Shown here: positions 18,890 through 26,148 of the stretch, in pieces
Layout: each line of letters begins with the position of its first letter
Numbering within the stretch: the first letter of the stretch is position 1
Origin: Pseudomonadota bacterium
GTDB taxonomy: Bacteria; Bdellovibrionota_B; Oligoflexia; Oligoflexales; CAIYRB01
Assembly: GCA_031416315.1 (NCBI GenBank)
Contig: JANOTL010000198.1
Coordinates: 1 to 31,525, forward strand
Direction: 5' to 3'
DNA length: 31,525 nt
Made by a program: the position numbers and the translations under genes
Notes under the pieces: generated by a model
What the model was told of the DNA's origin: nothing
Database searches by the model: none
What the model saw: the letters and a program-made list of their open reading frames with translations, nothing else

Positions 18890-20395
18890 TCAGCGCGTCC
18901 TCTGCATCGCCAAGAGGCAGGCGGCCATCTTGTTGCGTGTCTCCTGCCATTCGTCGGCCGGGTCGGAATCGTAGACGATGCCGGCCGAGGCCTGCGTCGA
19001 GGCGACGCCGTGCGCCATGTGGATGGAGCGGATCAAGATGGTCGAGCGCAGGTCGCCGCGGAAGTCGAACATCCCGAGGCTGCCGGCGTAGAACTCGCGG
19101 CTCATCTTCTCCAGCTCGCGGATGAGCTGCATCGCCCGGATCTTAGGGGCGCCGGTGACCGTGCCGTTCGGAAAGCCCGCGGCCAGGGCGTCGAAGGCGT
19201 CGATCTCCGGGCGCAGCTCGCCCGAAACCTGGCTCACCATGTGGAAGACGTGGCTGTACTCCTCGACGGTCATCAGCTCCTCGACCTTCACGGTGCCGGG
19301 CGCCGCGACGCGGCCGACGTCGTTCCGGCCGAGGTCGACGAGCATGACGTGCTCGGCGCGCTCCTTCTCCGAGGTGACGAGCTCTTCCTTCATGGCCCGG
19401 TCCTTGGCGGCGTTCCAGCTGCGTCGGCGCGTGCCGGCGATCGGCCGGTGGGTGACGCGCCGGCCGTCGACCGTGACCATCATCTCCGGCGAGGCGCCGA
19501 GCACGTGGTGCTCGCCGAAGCGGTAAAAGAACATGTAGGGCGACGGATTGAGCGTGCGAAGGTGCCGGAAGACGTCGAACGGCCTCGCCGCGGTGTCGAC
19601 GGTGAGGCGGTTGCCGATCTGGATCTGGAAGATCTCGCCGGCGCGGATCTCCTCGAGGCAGCGCGCGGCGAGCTTCTTGAACTCCTTTTCGTCGAAGGCG
19701 GAGCGGCAAGCCGTGAAATCGGGGCGCTCGCTTGCCGCCGACTCGATCTCGAGCGGCGGCGGCGTGTGCATGCCTTTCAAGCGCTTGAGAAGCGCCTTCA
19801 GCGCCGTGATCCCGGCGTCGTAATCGGTCGCGAGGCGGACGACGAAGAGCCGGCGCGCCAGATGGTCTAAGGCCAAAAAGGAGCGCGGGAGGAAGAAATA
19901 GGCGTCGGGGAGCGCCAGCTCCTTCGGCAAAGGCGGGCGGCCGCCGAGGCTCGTGGGCTCGAGGGCCGTGACGCAGTCGTAGCCGAAAAAGCCGGTCGGT
20001 CCGGCGAAGAGCGCGGCGTCGGGGCCGCCGAGGCGAACGCCCTTGGCGTGGGCGGAGACGAGGCGCGTGCCGCGCATCTTCGCGCGGAGGGCGGCGAGCG
20101 GGTGGCCGCCCTCGGCCGGCTCGCCGAGGCGCCACGAGTACGTCCACAGCGGATCGAAGCCGAGAAAGCTCCAGCGAGCGTTCGGGCCGGAGGTGGCGGA
20201 TTCCAGCAGGAAGAGGTGTTCCTCGCCGACGAAGCGGTCGGCGAGCGTGACGGCGGTCTCGTGGTCGAAGGGAATGGCGGCGGCCAAGGCGACCAAGACC
20301 TGGTCGGGTGCGTCGCCGTCCGCCTTCGCTGCGGCGCGCGCCGTCGCCAGCGCCGTGTCGAAGTCCTCCCGGGTCGGGAGGAGGACGTCGCTCAT
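18890..20395 (-). CDS. trpE: Anthranilate synthase component I (chorismate-binding family)
   Basis: [48 protein letters not shown]. Start taken at MSDVLL. A PabB role cannot be fully excluded. Confidence 0.85.
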   Translation of the reverse strand: MSDVLLPTREDFDTALATARAAAKADGDAPDQVLVALAAAIPFDHETAVTLADRFVGEEHLFLLESATSGPNARWSFLGFDPLWTYSWRLGEPAEGGHPLAALRAKMRGTRLVSAHAKGVRLGGPDAALFAGPTGFFGYDCVTALEPTSLGGRPPLPKELALPDAYFFLPRSFLALDHLARRLFVVRLATDYDAGITALKALLKRLKGMHTPPPLEIESAASERPDFTACRSAFDEKEFKKLAARCLEEIRAGEIFQIQIGNRLTVDTAARPFDVFRHLRTLNPSPYMFFYRFGEHHVLGASPEMMVTVDGRRVTHRPIAGTRRRSWNAAKDRAMKEELVTSEKERAEHVMLVDLGRNDVGRVAAPGTVKVEELMTVEEYSHVFHMVSQVSGELRPEIDAFDALAAGFPNGTVTGAPKIRAMQLIRELEKMSREFYAGSLGMFDFRGDLRSTILIRSIHMAHGVASTQASAGIVYDSDPADEWQETRNKMAACLLAMQRTR

Positions 20396-20526
20396 GACGG
20401 CGTCCCCGTGTTCACGACGGGTTGCGTACCGCGCTCGCCGCACAGCACGACGAGGAGGTTCGCGACCATCGACGCTTTTCTTTGCTCGTCGAACTGCACG
20501 ACGTTCTTCTTTTGCAGAGGGATCAT
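20392..20526 (-). pseudogene. 44-aa ORF resembling the extreme C-terminus of an SPFH/band-7 protein (gene remnant)
   Basis: [44 protein letters not shown] resembles the LDEERKAAMVSNLLVVLC...QPVVNTG tail I recall from bacterial SPFH proteins. The upstream in-frame sequence is unrelated and hits a stop. Its TGA overlaps the trpE ATG. Confidence 0.7.
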
Positions 20527-20652
20527 CCAGGTTGCCAGCCGGACAAAGGCCTCAAGGAGCGTTCGCGCATCGCTTCACCTTCGCTTTACGGGACGGAGCC
20601 GCCAGGGTATCTCAGGTCGTCGCCAGTATAACGTCTGAGGAAAGGGTTCTCC

Positions 20653-22020
20653 ATGGCTCTCGAGCGGTCCGAGCTCGCGCTCGCCGGCGCGGCCGGTTGG
20701 GCCCCAAGGCATCTGACGCGGCCGGTGACGGGCGTGGTGCACGGGTTGAGCGCCTTGGTGGCCGGGCCAGAGACGGAGCTCGCGGGCGACGGCGCCCTCG
20801 CGCTCGAGAACGGGCGGATCGTCGCCGTCGGCGCGAGCGCCGCAGTGCTGGCGCAATGCCCGAGCCTGCCTCGAATCGACGGCACGGGCTTCAGCGCCGC
20901 GCCGGGCCTCGTCAACGCGCACGTGCACACGCCGATGGGCTTTTTCCGCGGCTTGGGGCTCGGGCGCGAGTCGATGGTCGAGACCTTCATGTTCCCGGCG
21001 GAAAAGGCGCTGACCCCGGAGCTGCTCGAGCCTTTGGCATACGGCTATCTGGTCTCGGGCCTGCGCGGCGGCGCGACGACGTTCGGCGAGCATTACTATT
21101 TCGCAAGCGGCGTCGCCCGCGCCCTGGACCGCTTGGGGCTGCGCGGCGCCGTCGGCGAGACGGTCGCCGATCTCGGCGGCGCCTTCCCGGGGCGCGAAGG
21201 CTGGGAGCGTTGGCAGAAAGAGATGGCGGCGTGGGGGTACTCGAGCCGCGTGACGCCGGTGATCGCGCCGCATGCGGCGGACACGGTGTCGCCGGCCCTG
21301 CTGAGGGAGCTCGCGGCGGCGGCGAAAAGCGCGAAGCTGCCCTTGCACATGCATCTGGCGCAATCGCGCGGCGAGCACGACCGCGTCATGGCGCGCGAAG
21401 GGATCTCGCCGGTCGCCTACGCGGAGCGCGCGGGCGCGCTCGGCCCCTCGACCCTGGCCGTCCATTTGACCGCGATCGATGCGGAGGACGCGCGGCGCCT
21501 CGGCGCCGCCGGCGCGACGGCGGGTTATTGCCCCGCCTCGCAGCTGATCTTCGAGAAGCTGGCGCCGATCCGAGAGCTCGCCGCGGCGGGCGTGCCGCTC
21601 GCCCTCGGCACGGACTGCGCCGCCTCGAACGACGGCGCCGACCTGTTCTCGGAGATGAAGCTCGCGACGCTCCTCGGTCGAGACCGAGGCCTAGGCGATG
21701 CCTGGGCGAGCCCGGCGGCGAGCCTGGCGATGGCTTCAACCAACGGCGCCCGCGCCCTGGGCCTGGAGAAGACGACCGGCCGGCTCGCGCCCGGCATGGC
21801 AGCAGATGTGCTCTTCCTGGCCGACGGGATGGAGACGTGGCCGGCGGCGGCGCCGCTCAACAACCTGGTGTTGAGCACGAGCCCTAGACAAGTCGCGCAC
21901 GTCTTGGTGGACGGCCTCTTCGTGCTCGTTGACGGCAAGACGGCGCGCGTGGACGAGCGCGAGCTCGAGCGGGAGTACCGTGCGGCGGTGAAGGAAATCG
22001 CGCGGCGCGTCGGCTTCTGA
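20653..22020 (+). CDS. Metal-dependent amidohydrolase (MTA/SAH deaminase-like)
   Basis: PGLVNAHVH, APHA, HMHLAQ, AVHL, LGTD..ASND, GRLAPGMAAD. Confidence 0.88.
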   Translation: MALERSELALAGAAGWAPRHLTRPVTGVVHGLSALVAGPETELAGDGALALENGRIVAVGASAAVLAQCPSLPRIDGTGFSAAPGLVNAHVHTPMGFFRGLGLGRESMVETFMFPAEKALTPELLEPLAYGYLVSGLRGGATTFGEHYYFASGVARALDRLGLRGAVGETVADLGGAFPGREGWERWQKEMAAWGYSSRVTPVIAPHAADTVSPALLRELAAAAKSAKLPLHMHLAQSRGEHDRVMAREGISPVAYAERAGALGPSTLAVHLTAIDAEDARRLGAAGATAGYCPASQLIFEKLAPIRELAAAGVPLALGTDCAASNDGADLFSEMKLATLLGRDRGLGDAWASPAASLAMASTNGARALGLEKTTGRLAPGMAADVLFLADGMETWPAAAPLNNLVLSTSPRQVAHVLVDGLFVLVDGKTARVDERELEREYRAAVKEIARRVGF

Positions 22021-22024
22021 GGTT

Positions 22025-22300
22025 TTAGCGACGGGGCGAGGGCAACGGCAGGCGCAGGTACCGCCAACGGTCGCGCGCCTTTCTCATCTCCTCGAGCTCG
22101 CGCCCGAGCTTCGGGTCAAGTCGGCCGCCGTTCGCCGCGACGGCCGCTTCGAGCGTATCGATGAGGATCGTCAGCTTCCGGTCCTTCACGTACGCCGAGA
22201 CGACGACGAGAGCTAACCCGACGGCCAGGTAGCCGCGGCCGAAGAAGAGCGGCACCAACGGCACGAGATGAAAGATGACGGCGACGAGCAATTGCTGCAT
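22025..22300 (-). CDS. Small membrane protein (91 aa)
   Basis: 3' part of ORF 22025..23311: MQQLLVAVIFHLVPLVPLFFGRGYLAVGLALVVVSAY, then a charged helix. It fills the gap between two + strand genes. Confidence 0.55.
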   Translation of the reverse strand: MQQLLVAVIFHLVPLVPLFFGRGYLAVGLALVVVSAYVKDRKLTILIDTLEAAVAANGGRLDPKLGRELEEMRKARDRWRYLRLPLPSPRR

Positions 22301-22363
22301 GATGGACGGACGTACCACACGGAAATCGCAACGAACAGAGCTCCTTTTTGCGGAGATGCAGAT

Positions 22364-23572
22364 ATGGCTTCGAGGGCGCGTAATGCTTGGCTGACCTCTC
22401 TCACGCTCGTTCTCTGGACGACCCCGGCGTCGGCCACCGAGTTCGGTCTGATGCGCGCCATGCAGTCGGGCCCGATCGGAGACGCGCCGGCGATGGCGGG
22501 CCTCGAGAAGATCGAGGCAGAGGCTCAGTTCAGCCTCTATCGTACGTTCGGCAACTACACCCTGAACGACGACACCGACTCCCGCGCCTCGGCGACCGGC
22601 GTGAAGTCGCGGGTCGCAGCAGGCGGCGGCTTCTCGCCGACCAAGCAGTTCTCGCTCTCGGGCTTCATCGACGCGACCGTCGCGAGCGACTACGACGAGA
22701 ACCAAACGCGCGGCACCTACGACAGCACCTACGATTCCGGCCTCTACCGGCACGAGCTCGCGCTCTTCGGCATGTTCAAGACGAGCGGCCTCGTCTTCGG
22801 CGGCGGCATGGGCCTCGTCCTGATCGGCAGCGAGACCAAGGAGTTCGAATACGACGACGACAAGTACGAGCTCGACATCGGCTCGGCCGCGATGCCGGTC
22901 CTGCGCCTCTTCGGCGGCCTGTCGACGAAAGAGTTCGACGGCACCCTCGGCGTGCGTTTCTTCAGCAAAGGCACGGCGGTCGTGACCGCCAAGGACGCGA
23001 CCGGCACCGAGTCGGAGTACGACGTGGTGCGCCGCGCCCCGGCCGAGGTCCACGCCGACGCCAAGATCAAGTTCAACGGCGGCTACGTCTCCGGCATGGC
23101 GGGCGTCCTCCTCAGCGGCCAGGCGTCCGAGCAAGTCGACGAATTCTCGACGCGCTACGTCGTCACGCCCGACGGCAAAAAGAAGCGCGAGACCGGCATC
23201 GCGCGCATCAACACCAATACGTACAAGTTCGGCGTCGGCGGCCGCTTCGACCCGGTGAAGGTCTTTGGCATCATGGCCGCCCTGCAGTATCAAACCTCGG
23301 CCGCGGCTCAAGACGCGTACGTGATGCCCGAGCAGGAGAACTTGGGAGGGCTGCGCTTCGACCTCGGCGGCGAGGTCAACATCCAGAAGTTTCGCGGCAT
23401 GCTCGATTTCGGTTACGTGCTCGAGTCGTCCACGTCCTACACCGTCGAAGACAACGACCGCAGCGCCACGAGCGTCGACCGCACGCTGAAGCCCGCGCTA
23501 GCGAAAGGCGACAAGGTGAAGGTGTCCCAAGGCGCTCTGTCGGTTACCCTCGGGGGCGGCCTCGCCATTTGA
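22364..23572 (+). CDS. Probable outer-membrane beta-barrel protein
   Basis: GGAG SD then MASRARNAWLTSLTLVLWTTPASA (signal peptide); alternating amphipathic strands rich in Gly/Phe/Tyr; ends LSVTLGGGLAI. Confidence 0.7.
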   Translation: MASRARNAWLTSLTLVLWTTPASATEFGLMRAMQSGPIGDAPAMAGLEKIEAEAQFSLYRTFGNYTLNDDTDSRASATGVKSRVAAGGGFSPTKQFSLSGFIDATVASDYDENQTRGTYDSTYDSGLYRHELALFGMFKTSGLVFGGGMGLVLIGSETKEFEYDDDKYELDIGSAAMPVLRLFGGLSTKEFDGTLGVRFFSKGTAVVTAKDATGTESEYDVVRRAPAEVHADAKIKFNGGYVSGMAGVLLSGQASEQVDEFSTRYVVTPDGKKKRETGIARINTNTYKFGVGGRFDPVKVFGIMAALQYQTSAAAQDAYVMPEQENLGGLRFDLGGEVNIQKFRGMLDFGYVLESSTSYTVEDNDRSATSVDRTLKPALAKGDKVKVSQGALSVTLGGGLAI

Positions 23573-24204
23573 GCGCGCTGATCGACATTTCCCCGAGCCT
23601 CTCGCCCAGAACGGCCGTGTGGCCTGGGGACGTCGCTTTCTCCCGCCAGGTCGCGCTCGACGTGCATGCCGGCCACAACATCACGCTTTCGAGCGTGACG
23701 AGCACGGTGCACGTCGGGGCGCATGCGGATGCTCCCTCGCACTTTCACCGGGACGGGGCGACGATCGACGCGGTGGCGCTCGATGCCTACGTGGGTCCGT
23801 GCACGGTCGTGACGGTGTCGGTGGCGCCTGGCGGCCTGATTCGCGCCGGTGACTGCGCGACGGCCTTGCGACACGGTGCGAAACGGATTCTCTTTCGCAC
23901 GCTGACGCAGCCGGATCCGGACCGCTTCAACGAGGATTTCGCCGCTTTCGATCCCGAGGCCGTGCGGGCGATGGGCGCTGCGGGGGTAGTCCTGATCGGG
24001 ATCGACACGCCGTCGGTGGATTCCTTCAGCTCGAAAGAGCTGCCGGCGCATCAAGAGCTCCACAAGTTCGGCGTCCGCAATCTCGAGGGACTCGTGCTCG
24101 CGCACGTCGCGGACGGCGACTACGAGCTGATCGCATTGCCGCTCAAGCTTTCCGGCTGCGACGCGAGCCCCGTGCGTGCCGTGTTGCGCATGAGAGACAA
24201 CTAG
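23569..24204 (+). CDS. kynB: Kynurenine formamidase (arylformamidase, cyclase family)
   Basis: TTG start overlapping the upstream stop; DISP..VWPGD, HVGAHADAPSH, GIDTPSVD, LEGLVL, YELIALPLK, DASPVRAVL. Confidence 0.85.
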   Translation: MSALIDISPSLSPRTAVWPGDVAFSRQVALDVHAGHNITLSSVTSTVHVGAHADAPSHFHRDGATIDAVALDAYVGPCTVVTVSVAPGGLIRAGDCATALRHGAKRILFRTLTQPDPDRFNEDFAAFDPEAVRAMGAAGVVLIGIDTPSVDSFSSKELPAHQELHKFGVRNLEGLVLAHVADGDYELIALPLKLSGCDASPVRAVLRMRDN

Positions 24205-24223
24205 GGCCTTTTTTCAACGCCGT

Positions 24224-24272
24224 AAAAAAGGGTCGTTCCCGGTGGTCTCCCCCCGGGTTCTCCCTTTTCTTT
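24224..24272. terminator. Bidirectional intrinsic terminator (sRNA on minus, kynB on plus)
   Basis: Minus strand: AAAAGGG-AGAA-CCCGGGGG-GAGA-CCACCGGG-AACGA-CCCUUUUUU. On the plus strand the hairpin is followed by TTTTCTTT. Confidence 0.7.
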
Positions 24273-24389
24273 GAGCGATGTCTGAGGATTTTGTGGGGAT
24301 CTGGCGGAAGGACTCTCTAGGACTAGAGAGCATTGGGGTAGGATTTCGGGAGGTTTGGCTGAGGATCAACATCGCCCCGCGTCATCACA
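24224..24389 (-). ncRNA. Candidate sigma54-dependent small RNA with repeated UCC motifs
   Basis: Bounded by a perfect sigma54 promoter and a terminator. Closing stem 24366-24377 with 24273-24285, internal hairpin 24313-24330, eight UCC motifs, no convincing ORF. Confidence 0.7.
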
Positions 24390-24399
24390 CCAGTTCCAT

Positions 24400-24415
24400 T
24401 GCAACGCGAGTGCCA
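24400..24415 (-). promoter_or_regulatory. Sigma54 (-24/-12) promoter
   Basis: Minus strand TGGCAC-TCGCG-TTGCA, an exact match to TGGCAC-N5-TTGCA, in an intergenic region. Confidence 0.85.
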
Positions 24416-24652
24416 ACTCTTTAGACGGTCGCAGATGTCGTTTCGCCTTTTTCGCGCGGTGCGCTATTTCTCGCGTAACACCGCGTTCCGCCGCGTTCTC
24501 AAGGCGGCGGCCGCGCGGCTGTAGGGCGCGCAGAGTCGTCGTTACGCGCCGATTCGACCCGAGGGTCCGGTATACTTTTGCGACTCGGACCAAAATCGAT
24601 GCGCGTCCGTCCGAAAACGAGACCAGGCGCGTCCAGATCGAGGAGGTAAGCG

Positions 24653-25300
24653 ATGCGGTGGGTGATTTTGGTGACGGGAGTTACCGGGATCCTTGGCGGA
24701 ATCATCGGCACGCGGTGGCGTCAGGAGACGTTTCCAGCGCCAGGTGTAGTCGCCCGGAGTCAGGTGAATGGCGGATCGGCGTCGGTCGGCTCGGGCAACG
24801 CGGCCTCACCCCAGGCCGGCCCGCACACGGACGCGGGTGGACGGCAGCCGGACGCGAACGCGTCCGCCCTCGTGCACCATTGCCACGACGGGGACACCTG
24901 CCGCCTCGGCTTCGGGCCGGGTCAGTCGGTCTGGCTCAACGTCCGCCTGGCAGGGATCGACACGCCAGAAATCAAGGGCCGAGGCGGCCCCGGCCAACCG
25001 CTCGGGGACGCCGCGCGCGAGGCGATCAACGCTGCAGCGAAAGGCAAAGTCGTCTCGGTTCGTCAGGTCGACCTGGATCAATACAATCGGCCCATCGTCG
25101 AGCTGGCCGTCGACGGCCGGATTCTGAACCTCGAGCTCGTCGAGCAGGGCTTAGCAGAAGTCTACCGGGGCGCCACGAAGCGGCTCGACCGAGCTCCCTA
25201 TCTCGCCTCGGAAGAGCGGGCGCGCCGCGCGAAGCGAGGCATCTGGGGGCTCTCGGGGTACCAGTCGCCAAAGGCCTATCGCAGGAGCAAGTCGCACTGA
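24653..25300 (+). CDS. Thermonuclease (staphylococcal nuclease family), N-terminally anchored or exported
   Basis: GGAGGT SD; hydrophobic N-terminus; DGDT, VRLAGIDTPE, DQYNR, NLELVEQGLA, RGIW. Confidence 0.92.
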   Translation: MRWVILVTGVTGILGGIIGTRWRQETFPAPGVVARSQVNGGSASVGSGNAASPQAGPHTDAGGRQPDANASALVHHCHDGDTCRLGFGPGQSVWLNVRLAGIDTPEIKGRGGPGQPLGDAAREAINAAAKGKVVSVRQVDLDQYNRPIVELAVDGRILNLELVEQGLAEVYRGATKRLDRAPYLASEERARRAKRGIWGLSGYQSPKAYRRSKSH

Positions 25301-25305
25301 GAAGA

Positions 25306-25340
25306 GGCCGGCGGATCTTTCTCTTGATCCGTCGGTCCTT
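25306..25340 (+). terminator. Hairpin between convergent genes, putative terminator
   Basis: GGCCGGCGGATC-N8-GATCCGTCGGTC, a 12-bp stem with two G-U pairs on the + strand; weak U tail. Confidence 0.45.
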
Positions 25341-25359
25341 GCATCGCCCCGACGCTGCT

Positions 25360-26148
25360 CTAAAGGACCGGGTCCGTGGAGATCCGCACGATCTGCTTCT
25401 TCACGACCTTGATCTCGTAACCGTCGCGATCGTACTGCCGCGCGTAGAATTGGATCCAGTTGCCACCCGTCGCGCGCCAGACCACGATGCGGCGGCGGTC
25501 GCGGCAGGTGAACTTGATCGATTCGCCGATGTTCTGCTTCGAGGTCATGAAGCAGCCGTACTTCTCGGAGAGGACGCGTACGATCACACGATACAGATGG
25601 TCGAAGTTCGGAACCTGCGCTTTGGTCGTGGCGAAGAACTTGGCGCCGCCGACCATACCGAAGACGCCGTCGTGGTAGTCGATCGGGTTCTCGATCGCCC
25701 GCGTGACGGCGAGGCGCGCCAGCTCGGGGTTCGAGCGCAGGCCGTACGGCATGGAGGCGAGGCGCTCGGGCGTCAGCATCGCGTCTTCGAAGATGATCGC
25801 CGGGTTGGTCTCGTAGCGCTCGATCGAGCCGGAAAGCACCTCGTCCCATTCGAGCGCAGCGTCCGGCACAGGGCTGCTCGCGGGCGAAGGGCCGATGTCC
25901 TCAGAGTCGAGGGGCTCGCCCTCGAAGCTCGGGTCGTCGTCGAGATCGACGGCCCGAGCCGTGCGCGCGACGCCGCTCCGCGATGGCGCGGACTCGGCGT
26001 CGACGCTCGTCCGCGTCGGGTTGCGGCGGGCGGGGGTCGCGAGCTTTCCTTCGCCCGGGTGAATACAGCCGAAGGCGCCGGTCAGGAGGACCGTCGCGAG
26101 CAGCAGCTCGAAGGAGCAGCGGCGCCTGCGCTCAGGAAGCTTTTGCAT
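25360..26148 (-). CDS. Hypothetical lipoprotein
   Basis: Basic N-terminus, hydrophobic stretch and GAFGC lipobox; overlaps the end of the cyclase gene by 17 nt. Confidence 0.7.
   Translation of the reverse strand: MQKLPERRRRCSFELLLATVLLTGAFGCIHPGEGKLATPARRNPTRTSVDAESAPSRSGVARTARAVDLDDDPSFEGEPLDSEDIGPSPASSPVPDAALEWDEVLSGSIERYETNPAIIFEDAMLTPERLASMPYGLRSNPELARLAVTRAIENPIDYHDGVFGMVGGAKFFATTKAQVPNFDHLYRVIVRVLSEKYGCFMTSKQNIGESIKFTCRDRRRIVVWRATGGNWIQFYARQYDRDGYEIKVVKKQIVRISTDPVL

Noticed and set aside
20396..20652. Classical trp attenuator or T-box upstream of trpE
   Set aside because: No tandem Trp codons, no T-box consensus and no hairpin with a U tract on the minus strand.
24282..24366. Plus-strand CsrB/RsmZ-like RNA (eight GGA motifs, one in a hairpin loop)
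   Set aside because: The sigma54 promoter, the G-U pair, the GNRA loop and the terminator position all point to the minus strand, and I see no plus-strand promoter or downstream terminator. Kept only as the alternative to test.
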